In this document: positions 47,881 through 56,904 of the stretch, piece by piece
Layout: every line of letters begins with the position of its first letter
How positions within the stretch are numbered: position 1 is the first letter of the stretch
Source: a candidate division Kazan bacterium RIFCSPHIGHO2_01_FULL_44_14
Lineage (GTDB): Bacteria; Patescibacteriota; Kazan-3B-28
Reading direction: 5' to 3'
DNA: 64,000 nucleotides
Assembly (NCBI GenBank): GCA_001771185.1
Contig: METB01000001.1
Location: forward strand, 375,200-439,199
Notes under the pieces: generated by a model
Seen by the model: the letters and a program-made list of their open reading frames with translations, nothing else
What the model was told of the DNA's origin: nothing
Databases searched by the model: none
Position numbers and translations under genes: made by a program

Positions 47881-50607
47881 TTAAGATTTAGGTTTGTTAG
47901 TGATAATACTATCCAAGGTTTTTAGGACTCGGTTGACATCCAATTCCCTGCCATCTAGTTCTAAACTGTTTAAGTCGAAATGGTCTAGCGCTTGAGTGAT
48001 GTTTCCATTTTGAGTAGCATTAAGAACCGAGTTGCGAGATTCCTGGGCGGCCTGGATGGGGTCGGCAGTGTTTTGGAGTGCGGTCAAGATTTCCTGACGA
48101 AGTTTAGGGATTTCATTCTCAAGGTAATCTTTCGGAGAATCCCCGGTTGGAGACGAGGTCTTGTTCAGAGAGGCCGTCACATTGGAAGTGTATTGTGACT
48201 GGTTATTGATTTGAGCATTGATAGCCGACTGTTGCTGATTAACGCTTTGTTCGGCCGCAGTCCGGTTGGCCTCTTCGGTGGCTTTTTGCTGTTCAAGCCC
48301 AGAAATCTGTTGGTTATTTTCGATGATGGTTTTAATACTAGTTAAAGCATTGGGACTGGTGGCCCCAGCGGCAAAGATTCGGGCGTTGTTGATGTCTTCG
48401 GGTTTAATACCGGATGATAATACCGATGCCAGTTTTGCCGAAGTTGTTTCGTCAACCCCGATACCTTTGAGATAGTCATTGGTTTTTATCTCTCGAGCCG
48501 CTTGGTTCGTAGTTGTTGACGCGATGTTATCAAGTTCCTTCTTTTGGTCTGAAGTTAAATTGTTGACAGTGGCTTTGTCGGTATTGGAGGACAGTTCGGA
48601 GAGATTATCGCGGAGACCGGGATTATCAACCAATGCTTTTAGGGTTTGAGGGTCTAATTGTTTGCCGGCCTCTACGGCACGGTTAGCGGCTTCTTGCTCG
48701 GCAGTGCTAAGACCCTTTAACCCGTCAGCGGCTGTTTCGGTTTCTTGGCTTAGTGCCTGAATGGCCGTATTTAATTTATTCAGGCCGTCCTCTAGTGACT
48801 TTAGCGTGGCAGAACTTTTGGCCAGGTCGCCATAGTTGGCCCCGCCTGCACCAGAAACGCCAGCGGTTTCGTCGTCTGCTTCACCGGATTTGGGTGGGGC
48901 ATATTTGCCTTTGCTCCAGCGATATCCGGCTTGTTTTAATAAATCATCTCCTGTCCGGCTTTCCATACTTCCATCTGGTTGCAGTGTTTTAAATGGTTGG
49001 TCTAATAGATTATTGTGATCTTTTTCGATTTGTATCCGTTCCTCTTTATCACGGGTCGCATTGCGGACACGGCGCATAACCGCTTGGGCAATCTTAAGTT
49101 TGCGGGCGTTCAAAAGGGTAGGGCTAGCACCGTATGCTTCGTAGGCCTCCTTAAGTTCGTCGGCAGCGCCCTTACCAGTTGGTTCGGTTTTCATTTTGAC
49201 ATCAACCATGTCGGCCAAGAAGGAGTTGTCGCGGTCAGCCGCTTGGTCACGCTTAGAGACCAGACCTGGGTTTCTGTTTTCAAATTCTAATTTCAGGGCG
49301 GTCTTCTCGGCTGAGCTTAAGTCATCCATCGAACTTGCACCAAACCGAGGTAATTGGCTTTCGATATATTTGTTTTCCTTGTTGTCGTAATCGGCTAGAG
49401 TGCGCTCATCTCCGGGCTGGAGTTTATCCATTACACCCTTGCGAGTAGCCAATTCACCGACTTTCTTGGCCGACTTCACGCGGGTATCAAGCGCGGCCAT
49501 ATTGACATCCATTTGCCGGAGCAGTCCGCCGGCCTTTGAACCCTTAAATCCTTCCATACCCAATTGCCAGTATTTACCGGCAGTAGCAGAGATAGCTTTA
49601 CTGGAGGCCTGGAACGGTTTGTTGGCCAGGTCAGTCATAAACTTGGTGGCTGCGCTGATTGGGACTTTTAGCGTTCCTGGTGTGTTGGCGGCGGCTAGCA
49701 TTAAAGCAATTACGACGATGTAGTACATAAAGGTCGCAGCACTGGCGCCACTGTTTAATCCAGCATTGCTACCGGCAGGGCTAGTAAATGAATCGATGAT
49801 TAATTGTCCGATCGAGTTGGTGTCACTGGGCTTTAACATACTGGCTATGCCTAAAAGCAAGTAGGCGAGTGGCAAAACCAGAATCCAGCGAATTAAATCG
49901 CTCCACCAAGTTTGAGCCATACCCTGCAAATCCTTGTGGGGGAGCAAGCTCAAAGCAAACATGATTGGGCCAAAGATGGTCAAAATAATTAGACGGACTG
50001 CTCGCTCAATCAAAACAAACGCCAGTCGGAAGAAAACATAGGTGCTAATGGCGTAGACGGCCAACATCATGAGAGAGAGGCCGATGTATTTTACGAGGTC
50101 GACGTCATAACCTCCAACGACTTTGGGCGAGAAGAGCAGGTTAATGTCATTAACGAAGGTTTCTATCTGAGATGGCTCAAATCCAAGCATAGTGTGAGCG
50201 GTGTTTTTAAGAGCGTCGCCCACTTCAATCAATACCAATACGATTTGATAACTTAAGTTGGCTAATGCTACTGAAGTAATCAGCCCAGTAATGGCTTTTT
50301 TAAAGTTGTATCCACCCGAGCGGGTGATAATCATGATGGCGAAAGCCACCAATGCCAAGAAGAAAAGGACATTAGCTGCCATTGTCATAACTCCCCAGGC
50401 CTGGAGTACTGCCGGGCTACCAAGAATTAGATTCTGTCCCTTAAGGACCACTTCATTGATGATCCATAGCAAAAAACTATTAATCATCGCCAAAAATGCT
50501 TCAATGCCGATAATTAACCCCCCAACGATGACCTTGAGTACTGGTTGGGCAATAATACCTACGCCAAGTCCGAGAGCTGCCAGAAGAGTGATTGTAATCG
50601 GATCCAT
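47881..50607 (-). CDS. VirB6/TrbL-like polytopic membrane protein with a long soluble C-terminal tail
   Basis: Multi-TM N-terminal region (W..M...AN..F; R...L.IL.IFGP...L..LP) followed by a coiled-coil-rich tail. Confidence 0.75.
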   Translation of the reverse strand: MDPITITLLAALGLGVGIIAQPVLKVIVGGLIIGIEAFLAMINSFLLWIINEVVLKGQNLILGSPAVLQAWGVMTMAANVLFFLALVAFAIMIITRSGGYNFKKAITGLITSVALANLSYQIVLVLIEVGDALKNTAHTMLGFEPSQIETFVNDINLLFSPKVVGGYDVDLVKYIGLSLMMLAVYAISTYVFFRLAFVLIERAVRLIILTIFGPIMFALSLLPHKDLQGMAQTWWSDLIRWILVLPLAYLLLGIASMLKPSDTNSIGQLIIDSFTSPAGSNAGLNSGASAATFMYYIVVIALMLAAANTPGTLKVPISAATKFMTDLANKPFQASSKAISATAGKYWQLGMEGFKGSKAGGLLRQMDVNMAALDTRVKSAKKVGELATRKGVMDKLQPGDERTLADYDNKENKYIESQLPRFGASSMDDLSSAEKTALKLEFENRNPGLVSKRDQAADRDNSFLADMVDVKMKTEPTGKGAADELKEAYEAYGASPTLLNARKLKIAQAVMRRVRNATRDKEERIQIEKDHNNLLDQPFKTLQPDGSMESRTGDDLLKQAGYRWSKGKYAPPKSGEADDETAGVSGAGGANYGDLAKSSATLKSLEDGLNKLNTAIQALSQETETAADGLKGLSTAEQEAANRAVEAGKQLDPQTLKALVDNPGLRDNLSELSSNTDKATVNNLTSDQKKELDNIASTTTNQAAREIKTNDYLKGIGVDETTSAKLASVLSSGIKPEDINNARIFAAGATSPNALTSIKTIIENNQQISGLEQQKATEEANRTAAEQSVNQQQSAINAQINNQSQYTSNVTASLNKTSSPTGDSPKDYLENEIPKLRQEILTALQNTADPIQAAQESRNSVLNATQNGNITQALDHFDLNSLELDGRELDVNRVLKTLDSIITNKPKS

Positions 50608-50836
50608 AGTTTTGGTGTTTATTTTTTTGCTGGTTGAGTTGAGCCAAATAAGATTAGCCACCCAACAAGTAATTATTTAATTATAGCAAAAAATAGGGAA
50701 TTAGTCAAGAGGGAACTGGGCGGGGCTAAAATGGCCCAGAAACCGTTATATCAGATACGAAGTTTAGTCAAAGACCGGGAAATCAGGCATAATAGTAGTA
50801 GTTTACAAATCGGTAAAAAGAGGATGTAATCTTGCG

Positions 50837-52282
50837 ATGATAGAGGAGCCGCAAAATCAGTCCCAGAGCCCAAAATCGCCCCAGGATGAATTAGACGAAT
50901 TGTTGCGCCAAAGTAGAGCGACTCGGCCAATGTCTGGTATTAAATTGCCGGACAACAAACCAACAGGGGATCGGAATTGGTTGGGGGTAGGTATTGTCGG
51001 GCTGGCAGTTATTTTGGTTGCCGGGACGGGGTATTTGTTATTGAGCGGAATCAAATTTGGGACTGGAGAGGTAATTTTGGGGCTTAATCAGAGTCCGGTG
51101 GCTCTGTCGATAGACGATAAAAGTTACGGTCAGGTCAGCAACGGCGACATGATTCGCTTAAAAGTTGGTCAACATACATTGGTTTTGACCAGAGAGGGCT
51201 TTTTGAATTTGACCGAGATGGTGGAAGTCAGCCGGAGTCAGCAGTTGGCGATTAATTTGGAACTACTGCCAATCCCAGAAATCCAAACTGTGATTGACCA
51301 CCCGGTTAGTTTTGTGCGATTGAATCAAGACGGCTCCGAGATGGCTTATCTTGATTCCCAAGATAAGAGTTTTAAAACCATCAAACTGGATGATTCAAGT
51401 ATTGCTAACTTGTTCAAAGGCAGTTTCTCTGGGGTGACTGATGTGATGTGGTCACGAGTTGGTCAATCGGCGTTGGTGAAAATAACCGGGCGACCGACTT
51501 TGTCGAATATGTTGGATAATCGAGCGGTTCAGGGTCGGTATATCCCGCTCGGGACTCCGGGCGGTCGGCCCGATCAGGCCCCGGCCAAATCGAACGGAGT
51601 AAGCACTTGGTTATTTGACGATGACCGCAAACCGGCTAGCGGTTGGCAGCCGATTTTATTAAGCGATAGTGTTCGGGAGGCAGTATTTAGTGCGGACGGG
51701 AGTTCAATTATTTATATTTACGAAACCGCCGATGGTGAATACTCGCTAGTGCGGGCTTGGCCAGACGGGTTGGAATGGGAACGGCTGATTGTGGAGATGC
51801 CTCGACTGGAAACCCCGCAATTTACTTGGGGACCAGACGATAGATATGTATTAGTTCAGACCGCGGGTAAATTAATGCTCTTGGATTTAATAGCCAAAAC
51901 ATTGTCTGAACCGTTCCCGGATTATGCGGCGGGAAGCCAATTTGCTTTTTCAACTGATGGGACAAGAGTGGCGTATTTAGCGAAGTCAGAGGATGGCACT
52001 ATCCGGTTGAAGACCTATGACTTTTTGTCTGGGGTGGCGGTGGTAGTGGAAGGTCTGGCTGTGAATGGTGAAACCAGTATGGTTTGGACGACTGGGAATT
52101 CGCTAATGGTGGCGACTGGCGGACAGTCGTTTGAACTGGTTAATGTAGAACGAGGGACTCGGATGACAATTCCTCTGGCCGGGAACACGACCAGTTCTCA
52201 AATAGAGCGGATGGAATACAGCAAAACCGCAAAAGTTTTGATGTTGGTAACCGATGCGGGGGTATCGATGATGAAAGTGTGA
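50837..52282 (+). CDS. Membrane-anchored PEGA plus TolB-like beta-propeller protein
   Basis: TM, then GQHTLVLTREGF (PEGA-like) and repeated xSxDG motifs. Confidence 0.72.
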   Translation: MIEEPQNQSQSPKSPQDELDELLRQSRATRPMSGIKLPDNKPTGDRNWLGVGIVGLAVILVAGTGYLLLSGIKFGTGEVILGLNQSPVALSIDDKSYGQVSNGDMIRLKVGQHTLVLTREGFLNLTEMVEVSRSQQLAINLELLPIPEIQTVIDHPVSFVRLNQDGSEMAYLDSQDKSFKTIKLDDSSIANLFKGSFSGVTDVMWSRVGQSALVKITGRPTLSNMLDNRAVQGRYIPLGTPGGRPDQAPAKSNGVSTWLFDDDRKPASGWQPILLSDSVREAVFSADGSSIIYIYETADGEYSLVRAWPDGLEWERLIVEMPRLETPQFTWGPDDRYVLVQTAGKLMLLDLIAKTLSEPFPDYAAGSQFAFSTDGTRVAYLAKSEDGTIRLKTYDFLSGVAVVVEGLAVNGETSMVWTTGNSLMVATGGQSFELVNVERGTRMTIPLAGNTTSSQIERMEYSKTAKVLMLVTDAGVSMMKV

Positions 52283-52353
52283 GCCCCGGCAGGGGTCTGA
52301 TGTGAAAGTAATCTTTGGAATTTGATTATTGATTATGGGGGATTAAGGTTGTT

Positions 52354-54351
52354 ATGGCAGATGATAATGACACCAAGAACCAGAGACGGTTAAAAGTAAA
52401 AAAGATTCGTGAACGGATTGAACGATTGGTTCAACAGTCGCGAATTAATTTGGATTTTTATGCAAGTGTGGCTGCCCAACTAGAACGGGCGAATAAACAA
52501 ATTGATGATGGTCAGCGTCAGGATGAATTTAATCAAGAGGATTTGGCGGATCAGCGAGTCAAGAATCAAGCGGGTGACGAGGACGAAGAAGAAGAGAATG
52601 AAGAGCAGCCCGAGCAACCAGAGCCCGAGCAACCAGAGCAGCAAGAGCAGCAAGAACGGCAAGAGCCAGAACAGCCCGAAGACCAACCATCTGCACGGAA
52701 AGACCAATTAGAAAAACTACGTCAGGCCAGAGAGACGTATCAGAAAGTGCAGAAAGCGGCCGAGACAGCCAAAAAAATGGCCGAAGCGGCTAAGTCAGCC
52801 AAGACGGTGGCGACGGTCGGAGCATTTTTAGCGGAAACCTGGTGGATATGGGTAATCTTATTGGTGTTACTATTACTAGTTGCTTTAGCTTATATGATTT
52901 TTGGTGGGGCGGGGAATAAGGTGCTAGATATGGCTGGTGGTTCTATCCCAATTGCGATGGACTATCAGAATAAAGAACATCAAAAACTGGTAGCGGATGT
53001 AGAGGGGCTAGTAAAAGATGGGGCATTATTAATGAACGAGAATTCGGCTAAGGACTTGTCTTGGCAATCAGATAAAAATGGTAAACCAATTCATGCGTTG
53101 GACTGGCGAACGATGGAAACCTTAAGTTATTTGGCCGGTAAATATAAAATTGGAGTAAAGTTTTTGAAGAGCAATGGACCAGATATGACACGGCGTATGC
53201 CAGTGGCCAAGGGGGAAGAAAATAGCGAGCCGATTGACGCACCGTCGGCGTATAGCTTCGGCCAAGGAATTGCGATTACAAGTATTGGGGTAACTAGTTT
53301 AGAATTAACTGAAGCGATGGGGTTGCCCCAACCTGTTCCAGTACAGGTGAATTGGCAGAAGCAAGTGGTAGAAAAAGCGCTAAGGCCGATTTATGAGCAA
53401 CTGCAGGTAGATGCTAGAGCATTATTTAATGCAACGGTGCAGGCGAATGCTCAAGCTGACACCGATGAAAAGGGGTTGGAGGTGTTGGCCAGAGCACATG
53501 AACAAGCAGTGACGGACTCGGCCAAGAATCCTCAGGCCAAAATTAAAGATAATTATATGATAGCTAAAGAAGCGCTTGATAATCTGATTATTAATCTTGA
53601 ACGAATGCGTGAGGTTGGGAAGTGTTGGGAGGAAAAACCATGGTTGGACCCGCGGGCTTGTCGATTTAGTACTAAGGCCAGTGGATATTTAGGCGGGGCA
53701 AGCGGCCTTTTTGAAAAATCTGGTACCGCGTTTATCGATGGTTGGGGAGAACAAACGGATAGTGGGCCAATCCATCAGGGGCTGTGGGCCACTTTTAGGG
53801 CAATGCAAGTGGCGAACATGTTGGGATGGAATGGGAACGAAGAAGAGATTGATTTGTGGAAGGCCTACGAGGCCAGACAAAATATTCGTAAGCTTGCGTT
53901 GGATATTTTACGGATGCCAGTGGCATTGGCTGGTGAAGGGCAGGATTTTAATGCGGACTTGGTGGCTAAACAATTAATCATTTATAGTCCAGAAGATGAC
54001 TTAGACAATGGGTTGCCTGATTTTGATGTCTACCCTAGAGGGACAATCGCAGTCGATGAGGGGGGAGTTGGTTATGACTCAACTGGGCACGATAATGTGA
54101 TTGATGTGCGGGATAATCATTTTATGTCACTACCAATTGATGGCGGTATATTTAGTAAGCTTGGTACTGTTTTTATCTATAAGACCGACAGCGCTGGGCA
54201 AATTGCCAAAGAGATACTTGAATGGGCAGCGGCCAGTTTTACCCTTGGAGGGAGTAAGATGATGGATTTGTGGGATGGGGGAGGAATTGAGAAACCAGGT
54301 GAAGAAAGGGTTAAAGTTTCTTATAGAAGTTTTGTCCATATTGGGTTTTGA
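52354..54351 (+). CDS. Hypothetical membrane protein with acidic E/Q/P-rich N-terminus
   Basis: 665-aa ORF with a single TM (WWIWVILLVLLLLV). Confidence 0.75.
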   Translation: MADDNDTKNQRRLKVKKIRERIERLVQQSRINLDFYASVAAQLERANKQIDDGQRQDEFNQEDLADQRVKNQAGDEDEEEENEEQPEQPEPEQPEQQEQQERQEPEQPEDQPSARKDQLEKLRQARETYQKVQKAAETAKKMAEAAKSAKTVATVGAFLAETWWIWVILLVLLLLVALAYMIFGGAGNKVLDMAGGSIPIAMDYQNKEHQKLVADVEGLVKDGALLMNENSAKDLSWQSDKNGKPIHALDWRTMETLSYLAGKYKIGVKFLKSNGPDMTRRMPVAKGEENSEPIDAPSAYSFGQGIAITSIGVTSLELTEAMGLPQPVPVQVNWQKQVVEKALRPIYEQLQVDARALFNATVQANAQADTDEKGLEVLARAHEQAVTDSAKNPQAKIKDNYMIAKEALDNLIINLERMREVGKCWEEKPWLDPRACRFSTKASGYLGGASGLFEKSGTAFIDGWGEQTDSGPIHQGLWATFRAMQVANMLGWNGNEEEIDLWKAYEARQNIRKLALDILRMPVALAGEGQDFNADLVAKQLIIYSPEDDLDNGLPDFDVYPRGTIAVDEGGVGYDSTGHDNVIDVRDNHFMSLPIDGGIFSKLGTVFIYKTDSAGQIAKEILEWAAASFTLGGSKMMDLWDGGGIEKPGEERVKVSYRSFVHIGF

Positions 54352-54464
54352 TGTAGTGTAGGGGTTGATAAACGGGTTTTTGGTGGGGTAAACAAGCAAC
54401 ACTGAGCGTCAATAGCCGAGCGAGCTATGTCGAGCTCGTGCGTAGCGCGAAGTTGTTGCGCAGT

Positions 54465-54554
54465 GGAGGCGTGGCCGAGTGGTTTATGGCGCTAGTCTCG
54501 AAAACTGGTTGGGGAGTAATCCCCTCGGAGGTTCAAATCCTCCCGCCTCCGCCA
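54465..54554 (+). tRNA. tRNA-Ser(CGA)
   Basis: GGAGGCG/CGCCTCC acceptor stem, loop CT-CGA-AA, long variable arm, encoded CCA. Confidence 0.95.
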
Positions 54555-54609
54555 TACTTCGCCAAGGCTTCGAGTGGCCTGTGGCCAGATATGTAATAAT
54601 GGGGTAGTT

Positions 54610-55095
54610 ATGGCAGACCCAAAGCAAGAAGTTGGCACTCTCCGATATGAATGGACTGCGCTTGAATTCCCTCGGGTGGAGCGGACTAGAGTTTGGTATT
54701 TGGTGGCTGGGTTAGTTGGGCTTGGATTGTTGGCGTATACCATATATACCAGGCAATGGGCGGGAACAGCTGTCGTGCTAATGATTGGGGTGGTAGTTTA
54801 TCTGATGGGGAGAGTTGTCCCAAGAACTTTTGTTCATCGGTTAACAAGCCGTGGGGTAGAAGTGGGAGATAAATTTTATCCGTACACAGAGTTGAGAGCG
54901 TTTTGGGTGATTAATACCTCTAACAGTCGGACATTAAATCTGATATCAGCTAAGAAATTTAGTTTGCTTTTAACTTTACAATTAGAAGGGGCTGATGTAG
55001 AAAAGGTAAGAGAAGTTTTGTTGGAGTTTTTGCCAGAAGAGCCCGGGCGAGGCGAAGATGTGATTGACCGGGTTGGCAGGTTCTTTCGGTTTTAA
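54610..55095 (+). CDS. Conserved 2-TM hypothetical protein with a PH-like C-terminal domain
   Basis: W.ALEF...ER...WY motif, 2 TM helices, FYPY.EL.AFW. Confidence 0.75.
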   Translation: MADPKQEVGTLRYEWTALEFPRVERTRVWYLVAGLVGLGLLAYTIYTRQWAGTAVVLMIGVVVYLMGRVVPRTFVHRLTSRGVEVGDKFYPYTELRAFWVINTSNSRTLNLISAKKFSLLLTLQLEGADVEKVREVLLEFLPEEPGRGEDVIDRVGRFFRF

Positions 55096-55174
55096 TTATT
55101 ATGCGCCCGCCTGCAACGCTATGCGTAGCATTGCGGGCTGGCCCGTAGCTCTGTGGGCTGGCAGGGGGTTAGGA

Positions 55175-55426
55175 GTGTATTACATCTATGTTTTATTTTC
55201 AAGTAAAGATACGCACTTCTATGTTGGTTATACGAAGGATTTAAGGAAACGGGTAGAAGTGCACAACGTCGATGCTGTGGACGCCACAAAGTCACGCCGA
55301 CCGTTAAAACTGGTGTATTATGAGGCATGCTTGTCGGAGAACGCGGCGTTGGTGCGAGAGAAGCAACTTAAAACAGGGTTTGGTAGAGCGTATTTAAAAA
55401 CAAGGATTAACATTATGCGCCCGTAG
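55175..55426 (+). CDS. Small GIY-YIG nuclease whose stop codon lies inside tRNA-Arg
   Basis: YYIYVL.S.KD..FYVGYT.DL.KR...HN, RPLKLVYYEA and REKQLKTG.GR; GTG start. Confidence 0.88.
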   Translation: MYYIYVLFSSKDTHFYVGYTKDLRKRVEVHNVDAVDATKSRRPLKLVYYEACLSENAALVREKQLKTGFGRAYLKTRINIMRP

Positions 55427-55493
55427 CTCAGGGGATTAGAGCGCGTAGCTACGGACTACGAGGTCGGGGGTTCGAATCCCTCCGGGCGTACCA
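55417..55493 (+). tRNA. tRNA-Arg(ACG)
   Basis: GCGCCCG/CGGGCGT acceptor stem, CGTAG-CT-ACG-GA-CTACG anticodon arm, GGTTCGAATCC, CCA. Confidence 0.95.
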
Positions 55494-55517
55494 CGTCAAT
55501 TTGGTGGATTGAAAATA

Positions 55518-55646
55518 AAATGGGGCCCCCGAAATGTTCTAGTTCTGACGGATGGAGGAACGAGGATTTTGGGGAGAGGAAGAATGACGAGGCCTAAAAG
55601 CACCCCGGCAGGCCGGGATAGCGTGAAGCCGAGTCCATTCTGACGA
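55518..55646 (+). repeat. Structured ~130-nt element abutting the 5' end of tRNA-Ser(GCT), copy 1
   Basis: Homologous to 56244-56383; ends GACGA immediately before tRNA position 1. Confidence 0.8.
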
Positions 55647-55736
55647 GGAGAGGTGGCTGAGTGGCCGAAAGCGACACACTGCTAACGTGTTATACCCGTA
55701 AGGGTATCGCGGGTTCGAATCCCGCCCTCTCCTCCA
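55647..55736 (+). tRNA. tRNA-Ser(GCT)
   Basis: GGAGAGG/CCTCTCC acceptor stem, CT-GCT-AA loop, long variable arm, CCA. Confidence 0.93.
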
Positions 55737-55743
55737 GAATTTT

Positions 55744-56205
55744 ATGAAACCAGACCATCAGAAATTTTTGCAGGTGGCTATTACTGAAGCCCAAAAGGCC
55801 GGTGTCAAAAAAGAAGTGCCGATTGGTGCAGTGATTGTAGACGCAAATGGCAATATTATCGGGCGAGGCAGAAATCAGACCCACGCAAAGAAAGATGGGT
55901 TAGGACATGCAGAATTGGTAGCGTTACGGCAAGCCCAGAGAAAATTGGGTGATTGGCGGTTTCCCGGAGCGAAAATATATGTAACACTTGAGCCCTGTTT
56001 GATGTGCTTGGGGGCGATTGGGAATGCCAGGATTAAGGAAGTTTATTATGGGTTAGCCGACCCGTTGTTTGGGTCGATTGAGAGTAAACTAACAAATAAG
56101 CAGGTAAAGAAAATGTTCCCAAAGTTAGAATGTTTTAAACTTCCAGACGATGGGACGGTGGCTGGTCTAATGAAACAGTTTTTTCATGGCTTAAGAAAAC
56201 GGTAG
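55744..56205 (+). CDS. tadA: tRNA adenosine(34) deaminase
   Basis: EVPIGAVIV, HAE and TLEPCLMC motifs; next to its substrate tRNA-Arg(ACG). Confidence 0.9.
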   Translation: MKPDHQKFLQVAITEAQKAGVKKEVPIGAVIVDANGNIIGRGRNQTHAKKDGLGHAELVALRQAQRKLGDWRFPGAKIYVTLEPCLMCLGAIGNARIKEVYYGLADPLFGSIESKLTNKQVKKMFPKLECFKLPDDGTVAGLMKQFFHGLRKR

Positions 56206-56243
56206 GGTACAATAGAGGCGTTAGGCAGTTTAATATTTTTGAT

Positions 56244-56383
56244 AAACGGGGTCCCCGAAATGCTCTAGTCCCGACGAATGGAGGAACGAGGATTTTGGGG
56301 AGAGGAGAAATGACGAGACCCAAAAGCACCCCGCCATCTGTAAACAATGGCGGGATAGTGTAAAGTTGAGTCCATTTGGACGA
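56244..56383 (+). repeat. Structured ~140-nt element abutting the 5' end of tRNA-Ser(TGA), copy 2
   Basis: Homologous to 55518-55646 with a longer internal hairpin. Confidence 0.8.
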
Positions 56384-56473
56384 GGAGGCGTGGCCGAGCG
56401 GTTTATGGCGCCAGTCTTGAAAACTGGTTGGGGAGCAATCCTCTCACAGGTTCGAATCCTGTCGCCTCCGCCA
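56384..56473 (+). tRNA. tRNA-Ser(TGA)
   Basis: GGAGGCG/CGCCTCC acceptor stem, CCAGT-CT-TGA-AA-ACTGG anticodon arm, CCA. Confidence 0.95.
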
Positions 56474-56491
56474 GACAAATATTCAGGGAAC

Positions 56492-56520
56492 AAAAAAGAA
56501 GCCCCAGAGGGGCTTCTTTT
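56492..56520. terminator. Bidirectional intrinsic terminator
   Basis: AAAAAAGAAGCCCC-AGA-GGGGCTTCTTTT between convergent genes. Confidence 0.85.
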
Positions 56521-56541
56521 GATTATGTAGTTGGAACTAAG

Positions 56542-56865
56542 TTATTGAATCAATCCAATAACTACATTAACGATGGCATATGACAGACCGATAATGACCA
56601 CACCCACAAGGGCGTTGGTAATCATGGTTTTGCCTGATTCAGCACCTTTGGCGCCACCGGTGATATAGGTTATACCACCAAACACCAAATATCCAACAGC
56701 GATGATGCCGGCAATGCTAAACACCCAAGTTATAAGTGCACCAATGGTGGCTTGGATGGAGGTGCCTTCTGTTATATCGGTAACATTACCACCTTGGGCG
56801 AATGCTGGTAGTGCAAGCCACAAAGAAGTGACGATACCAGTACCGATTGATAATACCTTTTTCAT
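56542..56865 (-). CDS. TrbC/VirB2-like pilin
   Basis: Signal peptide AFA-Q; GGITYITGG...GK..I.NALVG pattern. Confidence 0.8.
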   Translation of the reverse strand: MKKVLSIGTGIVTSLWLALPAFAQGGNVTDITEGTSIQATIGALITWVFSIAGIIAVGYLVFGGITYITGGAKGAESGKTMITNALVGVVIIGLSYAIVNVVIGLIQ

Positions 56866-56904
56866 ATTACGACCCTTTAATTATTAATATGAACCGAAGT
56901 ACCT

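Noticed and set aside
44660-50607. Integrative conjugative element or prophage
   Set aside because: No integrase, relaxase, att sites or phage structural genes; resembles the core CPR cluster.
52570-52690. GAGCAACCA-type repeats in the 665-aa ORF
   Set aside because: Explained by a low-complexity E/Q/P protein linker.
55518-55646. Hammerhead ribozyme or T-box in the tRNA leader (CTGACGA, GAAA)
   Set aside because: Core elements are not in the required order with closing stems, copy 2 lacks CTGANGA, and there is no T-box consensus.
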